A model generated the notes under the pieces. The model saw only the letters and a list, made by a program, of their open reading frames with translations. It did no database searches and was not told where the DNA came from. Shown in pieces: positions 16,498 through 24,419 of a DNA stretch of 56,259 nt (the stretch's first letter is position 1; every line of letters starts with the position of its first letter). Source of the DNA: a virus; IMG/VR virus record IMGVR_UViG_3300043184_000094, positions 1 through 56,259 of that record. One strand, written 5' to 3'. The position numbers were made by a program, and so were the translations under genes.

Positions 16498-17377
16498 CCC
16501 GAGCCCCCTTGACGGTGAACGTCGTGTACTCCGACTCCGCGACGGAGTAGCCCTTCCGCCGGACCCGCCGCCGCCGGACCTCCGAGCCGTCCGGCAGCTT
16601 CAACGTGGCGGCATCGCCCATCAGGTGCTCGATCCTCGCCCGGACGGCCGCCCGCTCGGCCGTCATCGCGGACGCCTCGGCCCCGAGCGAGGCGTAGCGG
16701 GCGAGTAGGCAGGCAGCGTGGTCGGCCGCCTCGCCCGGCTCCATCGCCACGATCTTGTCGGTGAACGCCGCCATCCGGGCGACGGCGGCCGGCGTGCCCG
16801 GGTGCCCCCAGTCGGGCGACGGCAGCTCGCCCAACTGGATCGTGGCCCACAGCGCGGCCTCGGCCTCGACCAGCGCCCGCGCGACCGGCTCGTCCAGTTT
16901 GATCTCGTACACCCGGAAGTCGTTGCCGCCGAGCAGCGCGGCGACGTAGGCCCGGTCCTTGCCGGCGACGACCATCTGGTGCGTCACTTGGGCGTAGTAG
17001 TGGAGCGGGATGTCGTCGGTCCCGCTCGCCCCCCACCCCTGCCGCACCGCGCTCGTCTTCAGTTCGACCGGCGTCCCGTCCGCCGTCACGCGGTCGATGT
17101 TCGCCAGCATCCACGGCCGGGCCGGGTGCCGCAGGTTGGCCGGCGGCGCGGCCAGCTCCAGGCCGGTCCGCTCGGCGAACGCCGCCGCCACCAGCGGCTC
17201 CAGCCGCAGCCCCCACTCCATCTCGGGCGTCGGCTCGGCCTCGACGCCGTACAGCTTCTCCGCGGCGACCGAGTACGGCGTCGCCCACGGGGACAGGTTC
17301 AGGCAGGCGGCGGCGTCGGACGAGCCGATCCCCGTCCGCCGCTCGGCCAGCCACGCGGCCCGTTGGTCGGCGGTCAT
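16487..17377 (-). CDS. YqaJ-type (lambda-Exo-like, PD-(D/E)XK) recombination exonuclease
   Basis: Track ORF trimmed to MTADQRAAWLAERRTGIGSSDAAA. Also VELKTS and HYYAQVTHQM. The N-terminal 101 codons of the track ORF are shadow-like. Confidence 0.85.
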   Translation of the reverse strand: MTADQRAAWLAERRTGIGSSDAAACLNLSPWATPYSVAAEKLYGVEAEPTPEMEWGLRLEPLVAAAFAERTGLELAAPPANLRHPARPWMLANIDRVTADGTPVELKTSAVRQGWGASGTDDIPLHYYAQVTHQMVVAGKDRAYVAALLGGNDFRVYEIKLDEPVARALVEAEAALWATIQLGELPSPDWGHPGTPAAVARMAAFTDKIVAMEPGEAADHAACLLARYASLGAEASAMTAERAAVRARIEHLMGDAATLKLPDGSEVRRRRVRRKGYSVAESEYTTFTVKGARDEH

Positions 17378-17694
17378 CGTCCGTGCCCCCTTATCACGCC
17401 ATCCAGGTTGCCGGCCAGCCACGCATTCACCAGGTGCCCGCCGTGGGCCGCCAGGCATCCGATGGCGTAATGCGCCGCCATGTAGACGTGTCGCATCGCA
17501 CTCCGCCCTTCGCCGGTAGCGTACTCCTCCTCGGCGAAGGTCAGGCATACGCGGAGCCGCGTCGGGAACTCGCCTATCGGCATGTCGCCAGCCAACGCCT
17601 GCGGCGGAGCCTCGGCGGCCACCCGGTCGGCCAGCATCGCCGTCACGTCGCCGAGCGGCACGGGGTCGCTCGTGAACCACTTCGCATCAGCCAT
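17374..17694 (-). CDS. Hypothetical protein, 106 aa
   Basis: Track ORF, protein-like. ATGA overlap with the exonuclease start. Confidence 0.65.
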   Translation of the reverse strand: MADAKWFTSDPVPLGDVTAMLADRVAAEAPPQALAGDMPIGEFPTRLRVCLTFAEEEYATGEGRSAMRHVYMAAHYAIGCLAAHGGHLVNAWLAGNLDGVIRGHGR

Positions 17695-17920
17695 CGGCGC
17701 GGGCCTCCTCGTGGCGGTGGTTGGGGGAATCGGCCAAGGCCCGCGCCAGGCACTCGATCCGCTCCGGATCGCTGGAGGCCAGGGCCGTCTCGCAGGCGGC
17801 CGTCTCGGCGGCCACGACCCGCAGGAACGACCGCACGATGCGGCCGGCGGCCCCGTCGGGCATCTCGGTGCCGGCGAGCAGCCGCGTCGTCAGGCTGGCG
17901 TCGGTGGGGGCAGTGGTCAT
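17687..17920 (-). CDS. Hypothetical protein, 77 aa
   Basis: Protein-like C-terminal part of track ORF 17687..18295, starting at MTTAPTD. Confidence 0.55.
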   Translation of the reverse strand: MTTAPTDASLTTRLLAGTEMPDGAAGRIVRSFLRVVAAETAACETALASSDPERIECLARALADSPNHRHEEARADG

Positions 17921-17928
17921 GTGCCCCT

Positions 17929-18171
17929 CTAGTTGGTGGAGAAGAAGACATTGGGCAGGCAGACGGCCGCCGGCCGCCGGACCACGGCCACCACGTCGAA
18001 CCGCCGCACCGGCCGCGAGTGGCAGTCCAGGATGACGTACCGCCCCGGCCCGCGCCGCCGGGCGGCCTTCCGGCACGCCGAAATCGTGGCCCGGTCGCAC
18101 AGGTGGACCTTGGCCTTCACCCGCTCGGCCCCGACCAGCACCCGCCTCACATGGCACAGCATGAACGTCAC
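17929..18171 (-). CDS. Hypothetical protein, about 80 aa
   Basis: Track ORF 17929..18243 trimmed to the GTG with GGAGGA 7 nt upstream. An ATG at 18162 is an alternative start. Confidence 0.5.
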   Translation of the reverse strand: MTFMLCHVRRVLVGAERVKAKVHLCDRATISACRKAARRRGPGRYVILDCHSRPVRRFDVVAVVRRPAAVCLPNVFFSTN

Positions 18172-18389
18172 GGCACGTTCCTCCCTCGGGGTGGGCACCC
18201 GGCGTCCAGCCACCGCGTGAACGCCAGCCGGCGGACCAGCCACCGCGACCGCACCTTGACCGCCCCGGGCAGCGTCCCACCCCGCGCCATCTCATAGACG
18301 GTCGAGCGGGCGAACCACAGGCAAGCGGCGACCTCTTCCAGCGTCAGCAGCGGCGCTGGCGCGGGCGGCGGCGTGTTCTCGTCCGGCAC
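18168..18389 (-). CDS. Excisionase/AlpA-like HTH DNA-binding protein (Xis candidate)
   Basis: LLTLEEVAACLWFARSTVYEMARGGTLPGAVKVRSRWLV. Divergent from the integrase cassette. The GTG at 18389 sits 7 nt after a -10-like AATAGT; track start is 18425. Confidence 0.6.
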   Translation of the reverse strand: MPDENTPPPAPAPLLTLEEVAACLWFARSTVYEMARGGTLPGAVKVRSRWLVRRLAFTRWLDAGCPPRGRNVP

Positions 18390-18396
18390 GTCTTGC

Positions 18397-18425
18397 ACTA
18401 TTGCGACAAGCCGTGGACAGTGCAA
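18397..18425 (-). promoter_or_regulatory. Candidate sigma70-like promoter TTGCAC-N17-AATAGT driving the Xis-like gene (near-leaderless)
   Basis: Plus-strand gtgcaa at 18420-18425 and actatt at 18397-18402. Confidence 0.4.
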
Positions 18426-18458
18426 GGCCGGATTTCCTGTTTATGCCGGTTGTCCGCA

Positions 18459-18486
18459 TTGCACGGACGCGCAAGGTCGCTATAGT
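18459..18486 (+). promoter_or_regulatory. Candidate sigma70-like promoter TTGCAC-N16-TATAGT driving 18568..18948 and int
   Basis: TTGCAC at 18459-18464 and TATAGT at 18481-18486. Lies in a locally AT-richer divergent gap. Confidence 0.4.
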
Positions 18487-18567
18487 GACTTGACTTTATT
18501 CGTTGCCTCGTCGCGGAGCATGCCTAGCATGGTCCCCGCGATCACGTTCCCCGTGAGGAGTCAACAG

Positions 18568-18948
18568 GTGGCAAAGTCGCTGAAGGGCCATCGGGTCGAG
18601 ACAGTCCAGGTGGACCCGCCGGCCGCCGGGCCGGTGAAGAGGAGGGTGCCGACGGACAACCGGCAGGTCCGGCACCGGCCGCCGATTTACTTTGAGACGA
18701 AGACGTTGGCGGCCCACTTCAACATCAAGCAGGGGTCGCTGATCGAGATGCTGTTCTTTGACCGGATGGTCGAGTTGAGCGAGCGGTTCTTGGCCGAGCG
18801 GCGGGCCGGCCGCTCGGCAGGGCTGGTCGCCGCCTACCGAGAAATCATTGGTCTGGAGCCGGGCGGCGTGCTGCCGCCCGCACTACTGGCGGAGATGGCC
18901 GAGGCGGACGACGACTCGGCGCTCGCCTCGACGCCGATGAGGGAGTGA
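18568..18948 (+). CDS. Hypothetical protein upstream of the integrase (possible regulator), 126 aa
   Basis: GTG with GAGGAG 7 nt upstream. Protein-like. Ends 2 nt before the int ATG. Confidence 0.6.
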   Translation: MAKSLKGHRVETVQVDPPAAGPVKRRVPTDNRQVRHRPPIYFETKTLAAHFNIKQGSLIEMLFFDRMVELSERFLAERRAGRSAGLVAAYREIIGLEPGGVLPPALLAEMAEADDDSALASTPMRE

Positions 18949-18950
18949 GC

Positions 18951-20252
18951 ATGGCAAGGGTCTACCGGGCGACTTGGACGCAGTGCGTTGACGGCGAGCG
19001 GGTCCGCCGGCACGTTAAGAACTGGTACATGGAGTTCGTGGACTGGCGGGGCGTCCGCGTCCGCCAGCCGGGCACGAGCGACCGGAAGCAGACGCTCCAG
19101 TTGGCCGTCCGGCTGGAGCGGGAGCACGCCGAGGCGCGGGCGCTGGGCGTCCCGCACCGGTCGTCGGCCGACCGCCGGCCGCTGGCCGACTGGGCGGCCG
19201 AGTTCCTGGCCCGGATCGAGGGTCGGGGGCGGACCAAGGGCCACGTCGCCACGGTACGGCAGCAGCTGGCCCACTTTCTGGACGGCATCTCCGACCTGCA
19301 CGAGTTCACCCAGGACCACGCCGAGCGGCGACTTGCCGACATTGCCAGTCGGCGGCCGGCCGGCACCACCGCCCGCGCCTACCACACCACGGCGATGTCG
19401 TTCGGCCTGTTCCTGGCGAAGCGGCGGGCGGTGGCCGGGAACCCCTTGATCGGGCTGGAGCGGCCCCCGCTGGGGCCGCCGGGCCGCCGCCGCCGCAGCG
19501 AGTCGCCCGACTTTCTGGGCAAGCTCATCTCGGCCACCCGGACCGCCCGCCGGCGTGGCGGCCTCGGCGGCGAGTCCCGGGCGTGGCTGTACACGGTCGC
19601 CGCCCTGACCGGCTACCGAGCGCGGGAGCTGGCCGCAATGCTCCCGGCCGACTTCGACCTCGACCAGTCTCCGCCGGTCGCCCGGTTGCCGGCCGAGTTC
19701 TCGAAGCGAGGCGAGGCGGAGAGCCAGCCGATCCCCGACGCCATCGTGCCGGCGCTGCGGGCGTTCCTGGCGAGTCGCACCAAGGCGGGGCCGGTCTGGA
19801 GGGGGGGGTGGTACGACACAAAAAGGCGGAGGTGCAGCGCCGCCCGGATGCTGCGCGCCGACTTGGCCGATGCCGGCCTGCCGTTCGCCGACGCCCGGGG
19901 CCGGGCGTTCGACTTCCACGCGCTCCGGGTGACGTACATCACCAGCTTGGGCCGGAGCGGGGTGCCGTTCGCCGTCGTCTTCAAACTGGCCCGGCACGCC
20001 ACCCCGGCGCTGACGCTGAAGGTGTACAGCGACCACGGAATTATCGACCAGGCGGCCGGCGTGAACCAAATCGCCCTGCCCACATCCTTGCCGGATTCTT
20101 GCCAGCCCCTTGCCCCGGGCCGCCGGCCCGGCAGCAAGAAAGTCGCCGAGTCGCCGCCGCGGCAAGTCGGCGATTCCGGGTCGGAGTCGCAACCTGTTGA
20201 CCCGCAACCCGATGCCGGCCGCGACAACGCGACCGGGCCGCCATCTTCGTAG
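18951..20252 (+). CDS. int: Tyrosine-type site-specific integrase
   Basis: ALTGYRARELAAM (box I Arg), FHALRVTYITSL, LARHATPALTLKVYSDH (His-x-x-Arg ... Tyr). GGGAG upstream of the ATG. Confidence 0.9.
   Translation: MARVYRATWTQCVDGERVRRHVKNWYMEFVDWRGVRVRQPGTSDRKQTLQLAVRLEREHAEARALGVPHRSSADRRPLADWAAEFLARIEGRGRTKGHVATVRQQLAHFLDGISDLHEFTQDHAERRLADIASRRPAGTTARAYHTTAMSFGLFLAKRRAVAGNPLIGLERPPLGPPGRRRRSESPDFLGKLISATRTARRRGGLGGESRAWLYTVAALTGYRARELAAMLPADFDLDQSPPVARLPAEFSKRGEAESQPIPDAIVPALRAFLASRTKAGPVWRGGWYDTKRRRCSAARMLRADLADAGLPFADARGRAFDFHALRVTYITSLGRSGVPFAVVFKLARHATPALTLKVYSDHGIIDQAAGVNQIALPTSLPDSCQPLAPGRRPGSKKVAESPPRQVGDSGSESQPVDPQPDAGRDNATGPPSS
20088..20103 (+). repeat. 16-mer TTGCCGGATTCTTGCC, copy 1 (inside the int 3' end)
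   Basis: Matches 20362-20377 at 15 of 16 positions. Confidence 0.6.
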
Positions 20253-20361
20253 CCTCACCCGACGATCGGCTTCCGCCGCTTGATGTAGTCTATGGCGTGC
20301 GGTCAGGCCAGCCGCCTTGCCCGGCAACGGGTTGCGGTTGCGGCTGCGGCTCGTCTGCAAC

Positions 20362-20377
20362 TTGGCGGATTCTTGCC
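20362..20377 (+). repeat. 16-mer TTGGCGGATTCTTGCC, copy 2 (convergent gap downstream of int)
   Basis: Direct repeat of 20088-20103. Possible integrase arm site or att-associated element. Confidence 0.6.
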
Positions 20378-21006
20378 TACCGGCCGTCCGGCCGCCACCG
20401 GCCGGCCTGCGGCGGGCAGGCTTCTGGCAAGGCGAACTCGATTGACGGCCAAGCCGCCCGTAAAAGTGCAAGCGTAAAGAATCGCTCAGCGTCTGCCGGC
20501 CGGAGCGAGTCTAGGTCGATGTCGCTCACCGACATCATGGCCGAGGTGCCGTCCAGCCGTAGCAGCGAGGTGCGGCGCGGGCCGTCCGGGCGGGCCGTCA
20601 CAAGCGGTCGCGTTCGCAGTCGCACCGCCTCGACCGGGTGCCGCCGGGTGATGTCGCCGGCGATCCCGACCCACCGCGGGCCGTCGCACTCGACCTCCGA
20701 GACGAAGCCGCGGTGGACGGTTAGCGACGCGCCAGGGTGCGGCACCTCGATGAGTATGCCGATGGCTGTCGGCGTCCACTGATCGGCCGACCGGCCGCCA
20801 CGCTGCATGATGGCGAGCGCGCCGCCGCCTTCCGGGAACTTGCGCCGCAGCCCGTCCTCGGCGAGACAGGCCATACGGATGTAGCTCGCCCGCGCCTCGC
20901 CGTCGGGGTCGCCCGTCTCGCCCAGGTAGTCGGCGAGGGCGAGCCGTGGCAGGTCGTCGAGCGGCGACGCCAGCACGGCCCTGAGTAGCGATTCGCGGTC
21001 GTTCAT
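20377..21006 (-). CDS. TIGR02996-like (Gemmata repeat-companion) N-terminal domain protein, 209 aa
   Basis: MNDRESLLRAVLASPLDDLPRLALADYLGETGDPDGEARASYIRMAC resembles the TIGR02996 consensus as I remember it. Track ORF trimmed to this ATG. Confidence 0.75.
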   Translation of the reverse strand: MNDRESLLRAVLASPLDDLPRLALADYLGETGDPDGEARASYIRMACLAEDGLRRKFPEGGGALAIMQRGGRSADQWTPTAIGILIEVPHPGASLTVHRGFVSEVECDGPRWVGIAGDITRRHPVEAVRLRTRPLVTARPDGPRRTSLLRLDGTSAMMSVSDIDLDSLRPADAERFFTLALLRAAWPSIEFALPEACPPQAGRWRPDGR

Positions 21007-21914
21007 GGCGGGCACCACGCCCCCGTCGGGGCAAATTCGGCCAGCAGTTCGTCGGGGACGTACTCTGGCCGGCGGTAGGAATGGCCGGCCTCGGCCATGT
21101 CCGTCAAGAACCAGCCGCGGTCGGTGGCGAGCAGGTCCACGGACCACGCGCCGTCCCCGGCGAACGCGATGGCCGCGTGCCTGGCCAGAGCGCAGCACTC
21201 CTCCGGGGGCGGGGCGTCCAGGCCGGCCACGAGATCGCGGAAGGCCGCACCCCCTCCCGGGAACGTGGCCGCCCTCGCGCGACCGTGCCCGTCCTTGCCA
21301 ACCACAACATCCTCCGGGTCGGCCTTCAGGTGCTCGGCGGCCTTGCGGATGCCAGCCGCCGCCCCGGCCGACCCGCCGGCGACCCACTCGTCAGCGCCAC
21401 CGCCAAGGGCCACGCCGGGGAGGCCGGCTAGAATCGCCCCCGGCGGCCAGTACGGCTGCCACCCCAGCACCCGGCCGCCGCCGACGAAGAGCCGGTATTC
21501 CTTCACCAGCGGCATGTCGCCGTAAGCGGTGAGCGTTGCCAGCGGCCGGACCGGCAGGTACTCCCGCACGGCGAACACGGCCACCGGCAGGCCGAACATG
21601 CTCGCCATCTCGCTGAACTCGATCAGGCCGAGCACTGGCCGCGCCACCGCGGCCCGGCCCGTCAGGAAGCAGCAGTCCTTCCAGCCGTGCTTCCCGCTGG
21701 TCTGCCCGGTCCGCAGGAAGGCGGGGCAGCCGATCCGGTCGGCGGCCCCGCCGATGGCATCGCACAGGGCGTCGGCCGCGGGGGACGTCTTGCCGTCGAG
21801 GATCGGCAGGACGGCCCGGTAGTCGGGCACCGGCACGAGTTCGGTCCGGGGCGACGGCAGGCCGGCCGCCTCGACCTTGGGGAGCCAGTAGGAGATGCAG
21901 TTGCGGTCGGTCAA
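21003..21914 (-). CDS. ATP-grasp-like enzyme (phage R2K-type, tentative), about 303 aa
   Basis: CISYWLPKVEAAGLPSPRT ... LVKEYRLFVGGGRVLG resembles phage ATP-grasp proteins. TTG start in a TTGA overlap with the upstream stop. Confidence 0.55.
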   Translation of the reverse strand: MTDRNCISYWLPKVEAAGLPSPRTELVPVPDYRAVLPILDGKTSPAADALCDAIGGAADRIGCPAFLRTGQTSGKHGWKDCCFLTGRAAVARPVLGLIEFSEMASMFGLPVAVFAVREYLPVRPLATLTAYGDMPLVKEYRLFVGGGRVLGWQPYWPPGAILAGLPGVALGGGADEWVAGGSAGAAAGIRKAAEHLKADPEDVVVGKDGHGRARAATFPGGGAAFRDLVAGLDAPPPEECCALARHAAIAFAGDGAWSVDLLATDRGWFLTDMAEAGHSYRRPEYVPDELLAEFAPTGAWCPP

Positions 21915-22225
21915 CCTGCACCATCCTTCGGTATGGCGACGCCTGCCGCCGGTCGGCGGCAGGCCTCGCTGAGCCCGCGGGAGGACACGGCGGCGGCGGG
22001 CGGCCCGTAGCCGGCCAGCGGCCCGTAGCCGGCCAGCGGCCCGCACTCGGCCTCGTCCCACGCCAGCTCGGCGTCGGCCCTGGCGCGGGCGACCGCCTCC
22101 TCGTCGGTGAGCGGGTTGCGGCCGGAGACGGTGAACATTTCGCAGGACATCACCCAGCGGCCGGCGAAGGCGTGCTCGTACCGCAGCGCCACGCCGTACA
22201 CGGTGACTGGCAGGAGCATGGTCAT
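21911..22225 (-). CDS. Hypothetical protein, 104 aa, with GPLAGY x2 repeat
   Basis: Protein-like part of track ORF 21911..22450, starting at MTMLLPV. Confidence 0.6.
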   Translation of the reverse strand: MTMLLPVTVYGVALRYEHAFAGRWVMSCEMFTVSGRNPLTDEEAVARARADAELAWDEAECGPLAGYGPLAGYGPPAAAVSSRGLSEACRRPAAGVAIPKDGAG

Positions 22226-22569
22226 TCGGCTTCCCCGTGGAGCCGCATCGCCTCGGCGAGCTCGGCCACGAGCCGCTTGGCCTCGGCCGCCCTCCGCTCG
22301 GCCGCTTCGAGTTCGGCCCTGGCGTTGTCCAGTGCCGAGGCGGCCACCCGCCGCTGGAGTTCCGCCAGGGTGTCGGGCGGCTCGGTAATGTCGGCTGGCA
22401 GTTCGGCGTACCGGAACGGGATGCCCAGCACGCGGATCAGCGTGTGGCACCCGGGCCGGTCGCCCCAGTGGAGAAGCCGGCCGGACCCGTCGTAGACGGC
22501 GAGCGCGTCGTCAAGGGCGGCTTGGCCGAACAGGTGCAGTGCGGTCAGGTCGGGCTTGGGGGCGGTCAC
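22222..22569 (-). CDS. Hypothetical protein with C-terminal coiled coil, 115 aa
   Basis: GTG start in a GTGA overlap. GGGAGGAGG upstream. Protein-like tail of track ORF 22222..23106. Confidence 0.6.
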   Translation of the reverse strand: MTAPKPDLTALHLFGQAALDDALAVYDGSGRLLHWGDRPGCHTLIRVLGIPFRYAELPADITEPPDTLAELQRRVAASALDNARAELEAAERRAAEAKRLVAELAEAMRLHGEAE

Positions 22570-22895
22570 GGCCTCCTCCCGGCGGCGGCCTCGAACTTGA
22601 TCCGGGCGTACCGGAGCAGCCGCTGCTGGTGGCCGGCCGCCAGCGTCCCGACGGGCCGGCCCCGGTCCGCGACCAGCCGCTCGGCTAGGCCGAACAGGTC
22701 GCGGGCGACGGTCGCCAGCAGGCCGCACCTGGCGAGCAACGCGGCCTCGGGGCCGGACAGGCCCAGATCGCTGGCGGCCACCGCGTCGGACACCGCCTGC
22801 CAGTCGCTCGGCTGCATCGCCACCGTCAGGCCCGGGGCCGGGTGGAGCAGCCGCCGGAGGTCGGCCAGCCTCATCATGTCGTGCTCCGTCGTCAT
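22566..22895 (-). CDS. Hypothetical protein, 109 aa
   Basis: Track ORF, protein-like. Confidence 0.65.
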   Translation of the reverse strand: MTTEHDMMRLADLRRLLHPAPGLTVAMQPSDWQAVSDAVAASDLGLSGPEAALLARCGLLATVARDLFGLAERLVADRGRPVGTLAAGHQQRLLRYARIKFEAAAGRRP

Positions 22896-22901
22896 GTCCC
22901 G

Positions 22902-23201
22902 TCACTCCGCCTGTAGGGCAAGGATGGCGTCCCGGTTCCGTTCGGCGAACCGGGCAAGGGCCTGGTACACGTTCGACTTGCTGCACCCGATCTCGGCCGC
23001 CGCGCTGCCGCGGCTCAGGCCGACGGCGAGGCACAGGTACAGGCACCGCCGCTCCAGCGGGGTGGCGTCGGCGAACAGCGACCCCCACTGCCCGGCCGTC
23101 CAGCACGCCGCGGCGTCGTTCCGGCCGAACGCCCGCCGCAGCAGCAGGCCACCGGTCAGCTGGTCCACGCAGATGTCGTGGCCGTCACGTCGTCGCGCCA
23201 C
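22902..23201 (-). CDS. Small sigma-70 region-4 / LuxR-like HTH protein
   Basis: TPLERRCLYLCLAVGLSRGSAAAEIGCSKSNVYQALARF. Confidence 0.55.
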   Translation of the reverse strand: MARRRDGHDICVDQLTGGLLLRRAFGRNDAAACWTAGQWGSLFADATPLERRCLYLCLAVGLSRGSAAAEIGCSKSNVYQALARFAERNRDAILALQAE

Positions 23202-24081
23202 GGGCGGCCTCCACGTCGGCGATGCGGCGGGCGGTCAGTTCCACCTGCGACTGGCGGATGTCGCGTCCGACGAACCGCCGGCCGTGGGTCAGGGCAGCGT
23301 GTGCGGTGGTCCCCGACCCGGCGAAGCAGCCCAGGACGATGCCGCCGGGCGGGGCGTACCACCGGACCAGCCGCGCGGCGACCTCCAGGTTCATCGGCGC
23401 TTCGTTCTCGTGGGCGAGCGGGTGGCCCAACTGCCCGCCGCCGTTGCCGGCGCGGATCACGTTCCCCGGGTTCGCCACCTCCGGCGCGCGATACGGCCTG
23501 TTCCGCCCCTTCGTCCCCTCGCGGAACTTGACCCGAACGCCGTCCGCGCCGCGGTGGCTCGGGCCGCCGCCGGGCGGACACCTCGGCGGCAAGCCGCCGG
23601 CGGTGTTGTCGCTCCAGAACGGGGGCAGGTGGCCCCGCTTGGCGAATGCGTACGCCGGCTCCCAATTGCGGCGGTGGCAGCGCGGGCCGCCGCTCCCCAT
23701 GATCCCGGGCCGGACCCACGCATACGGGGCCGGGCCGCACTCGATGCCGTCGATCCTGGTCAGGTCGGCGACCAGCCACTCCACGGCCGGCGAGTACCGG
23801 CTGTTGCTGACCGGGCCGCTGACGTTCACGCACACCAACCTGGCCGTGACGCGGCACGCCTCGACGACGATCGGCCGCAACCAGTCCACCCACGCTTGGC
23901 CCCGGAGCCTGTGGTTGATGCCGTAGGTCCGGCTCGCTTGGTACGGGGGCGAGAACACGGCCAGGGCCGCAAGCCCGTCCGGCAGGCCCCGAAGGAACGC
24001 CAGGGCGTCGGCGCAGTCCACGCCCCACGCCGAGCGGCCGGCGAGCACGTCGCGGGACGACGGGATGGCGGGTGGGGTCAT
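23185..24081 (-). CDS. DNA amino-methyltransferase (N4-C/N6-A, beta class), 298 aa
   Basis: Motif IV VFSPPYQ precedes motif I LGCFAGSGTT. Track ORF trimmed to MTPPAIP. Confidence 0.9.
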   Translation of the reverse strand: MTPPAIPSSRDVLAGRSAWGVDCADALAFLRGLPDGLAALAVFSPPYQASRTYGINHRLRGQAWVDWLRPIVVEACRVTARLVCVNVSGPVSNSRYSPAVEWLVADLTRIDGIECGPAPYAWVRPGIMGSGGPRCHRRNWEPAYAFAKRGHLPPFWSDNTAGGLPPRCPPGGGPSHRGADGVRVKFREGTKGRNRPYRAPEVANPGNVIRAGNGGGQLGHPLAHENEAPMNLEVAARLVRWYAPPGGIVLGCFAGSGTTAHAALTHGRRFVGRDIRQSQVELTARRIADVEAARGATT

Positions 24082-24419
24082 TTCCGCCCCCGCTTCCGCG
24101 CCAGCCCCGGACGGCCGACGACCTTGTTCGGGACGCCCTCGGGGCGGCACGCCTTCCTGGGGGCCTCGCCGCCCAGCCCGGCCAGCCCGGCCAGCTTCAT
24201 GCACCTGGCGAGGTCGGTCAGCCGGTAGTGCCACTCGCCGCAGCGGACGTGGACCTGCTCGGCCAGCCCCTTGTCCGCCAGCCGCTCGACGTGCCGCGAG
24301 GCGTCCCACAGCGACAGGCCGAGGTCGGCGGGGCCGAACCGCTGCGGGTCCAACTCCAGCAGGATGCGGCGGAGGGTCCGGCCGAGGTCGTCGTTCGTCG
24401 TGCGGGGACGGGCCATCAT
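24078..24419 (-). CDS. Winged-helix (MarR-like) DNA-binding protein, about 113 aa
   Basis: RTLRRILLELDPQRFGPADLGLSLWDASRHVERLADKGLAEQV. ATGA overlaps at both ends. Confidence 0.55.
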   Translation of the reverse strand: MMARPRTTNDDLGRTLRRILLELDPQRFGPADLGLSLWDASRHVERLADKGLAEQVHVRCGEWHYRLTDLARCMKLAGLAGLGGEAPRKACRPEGVPNKVVGRPGLARKRGRK

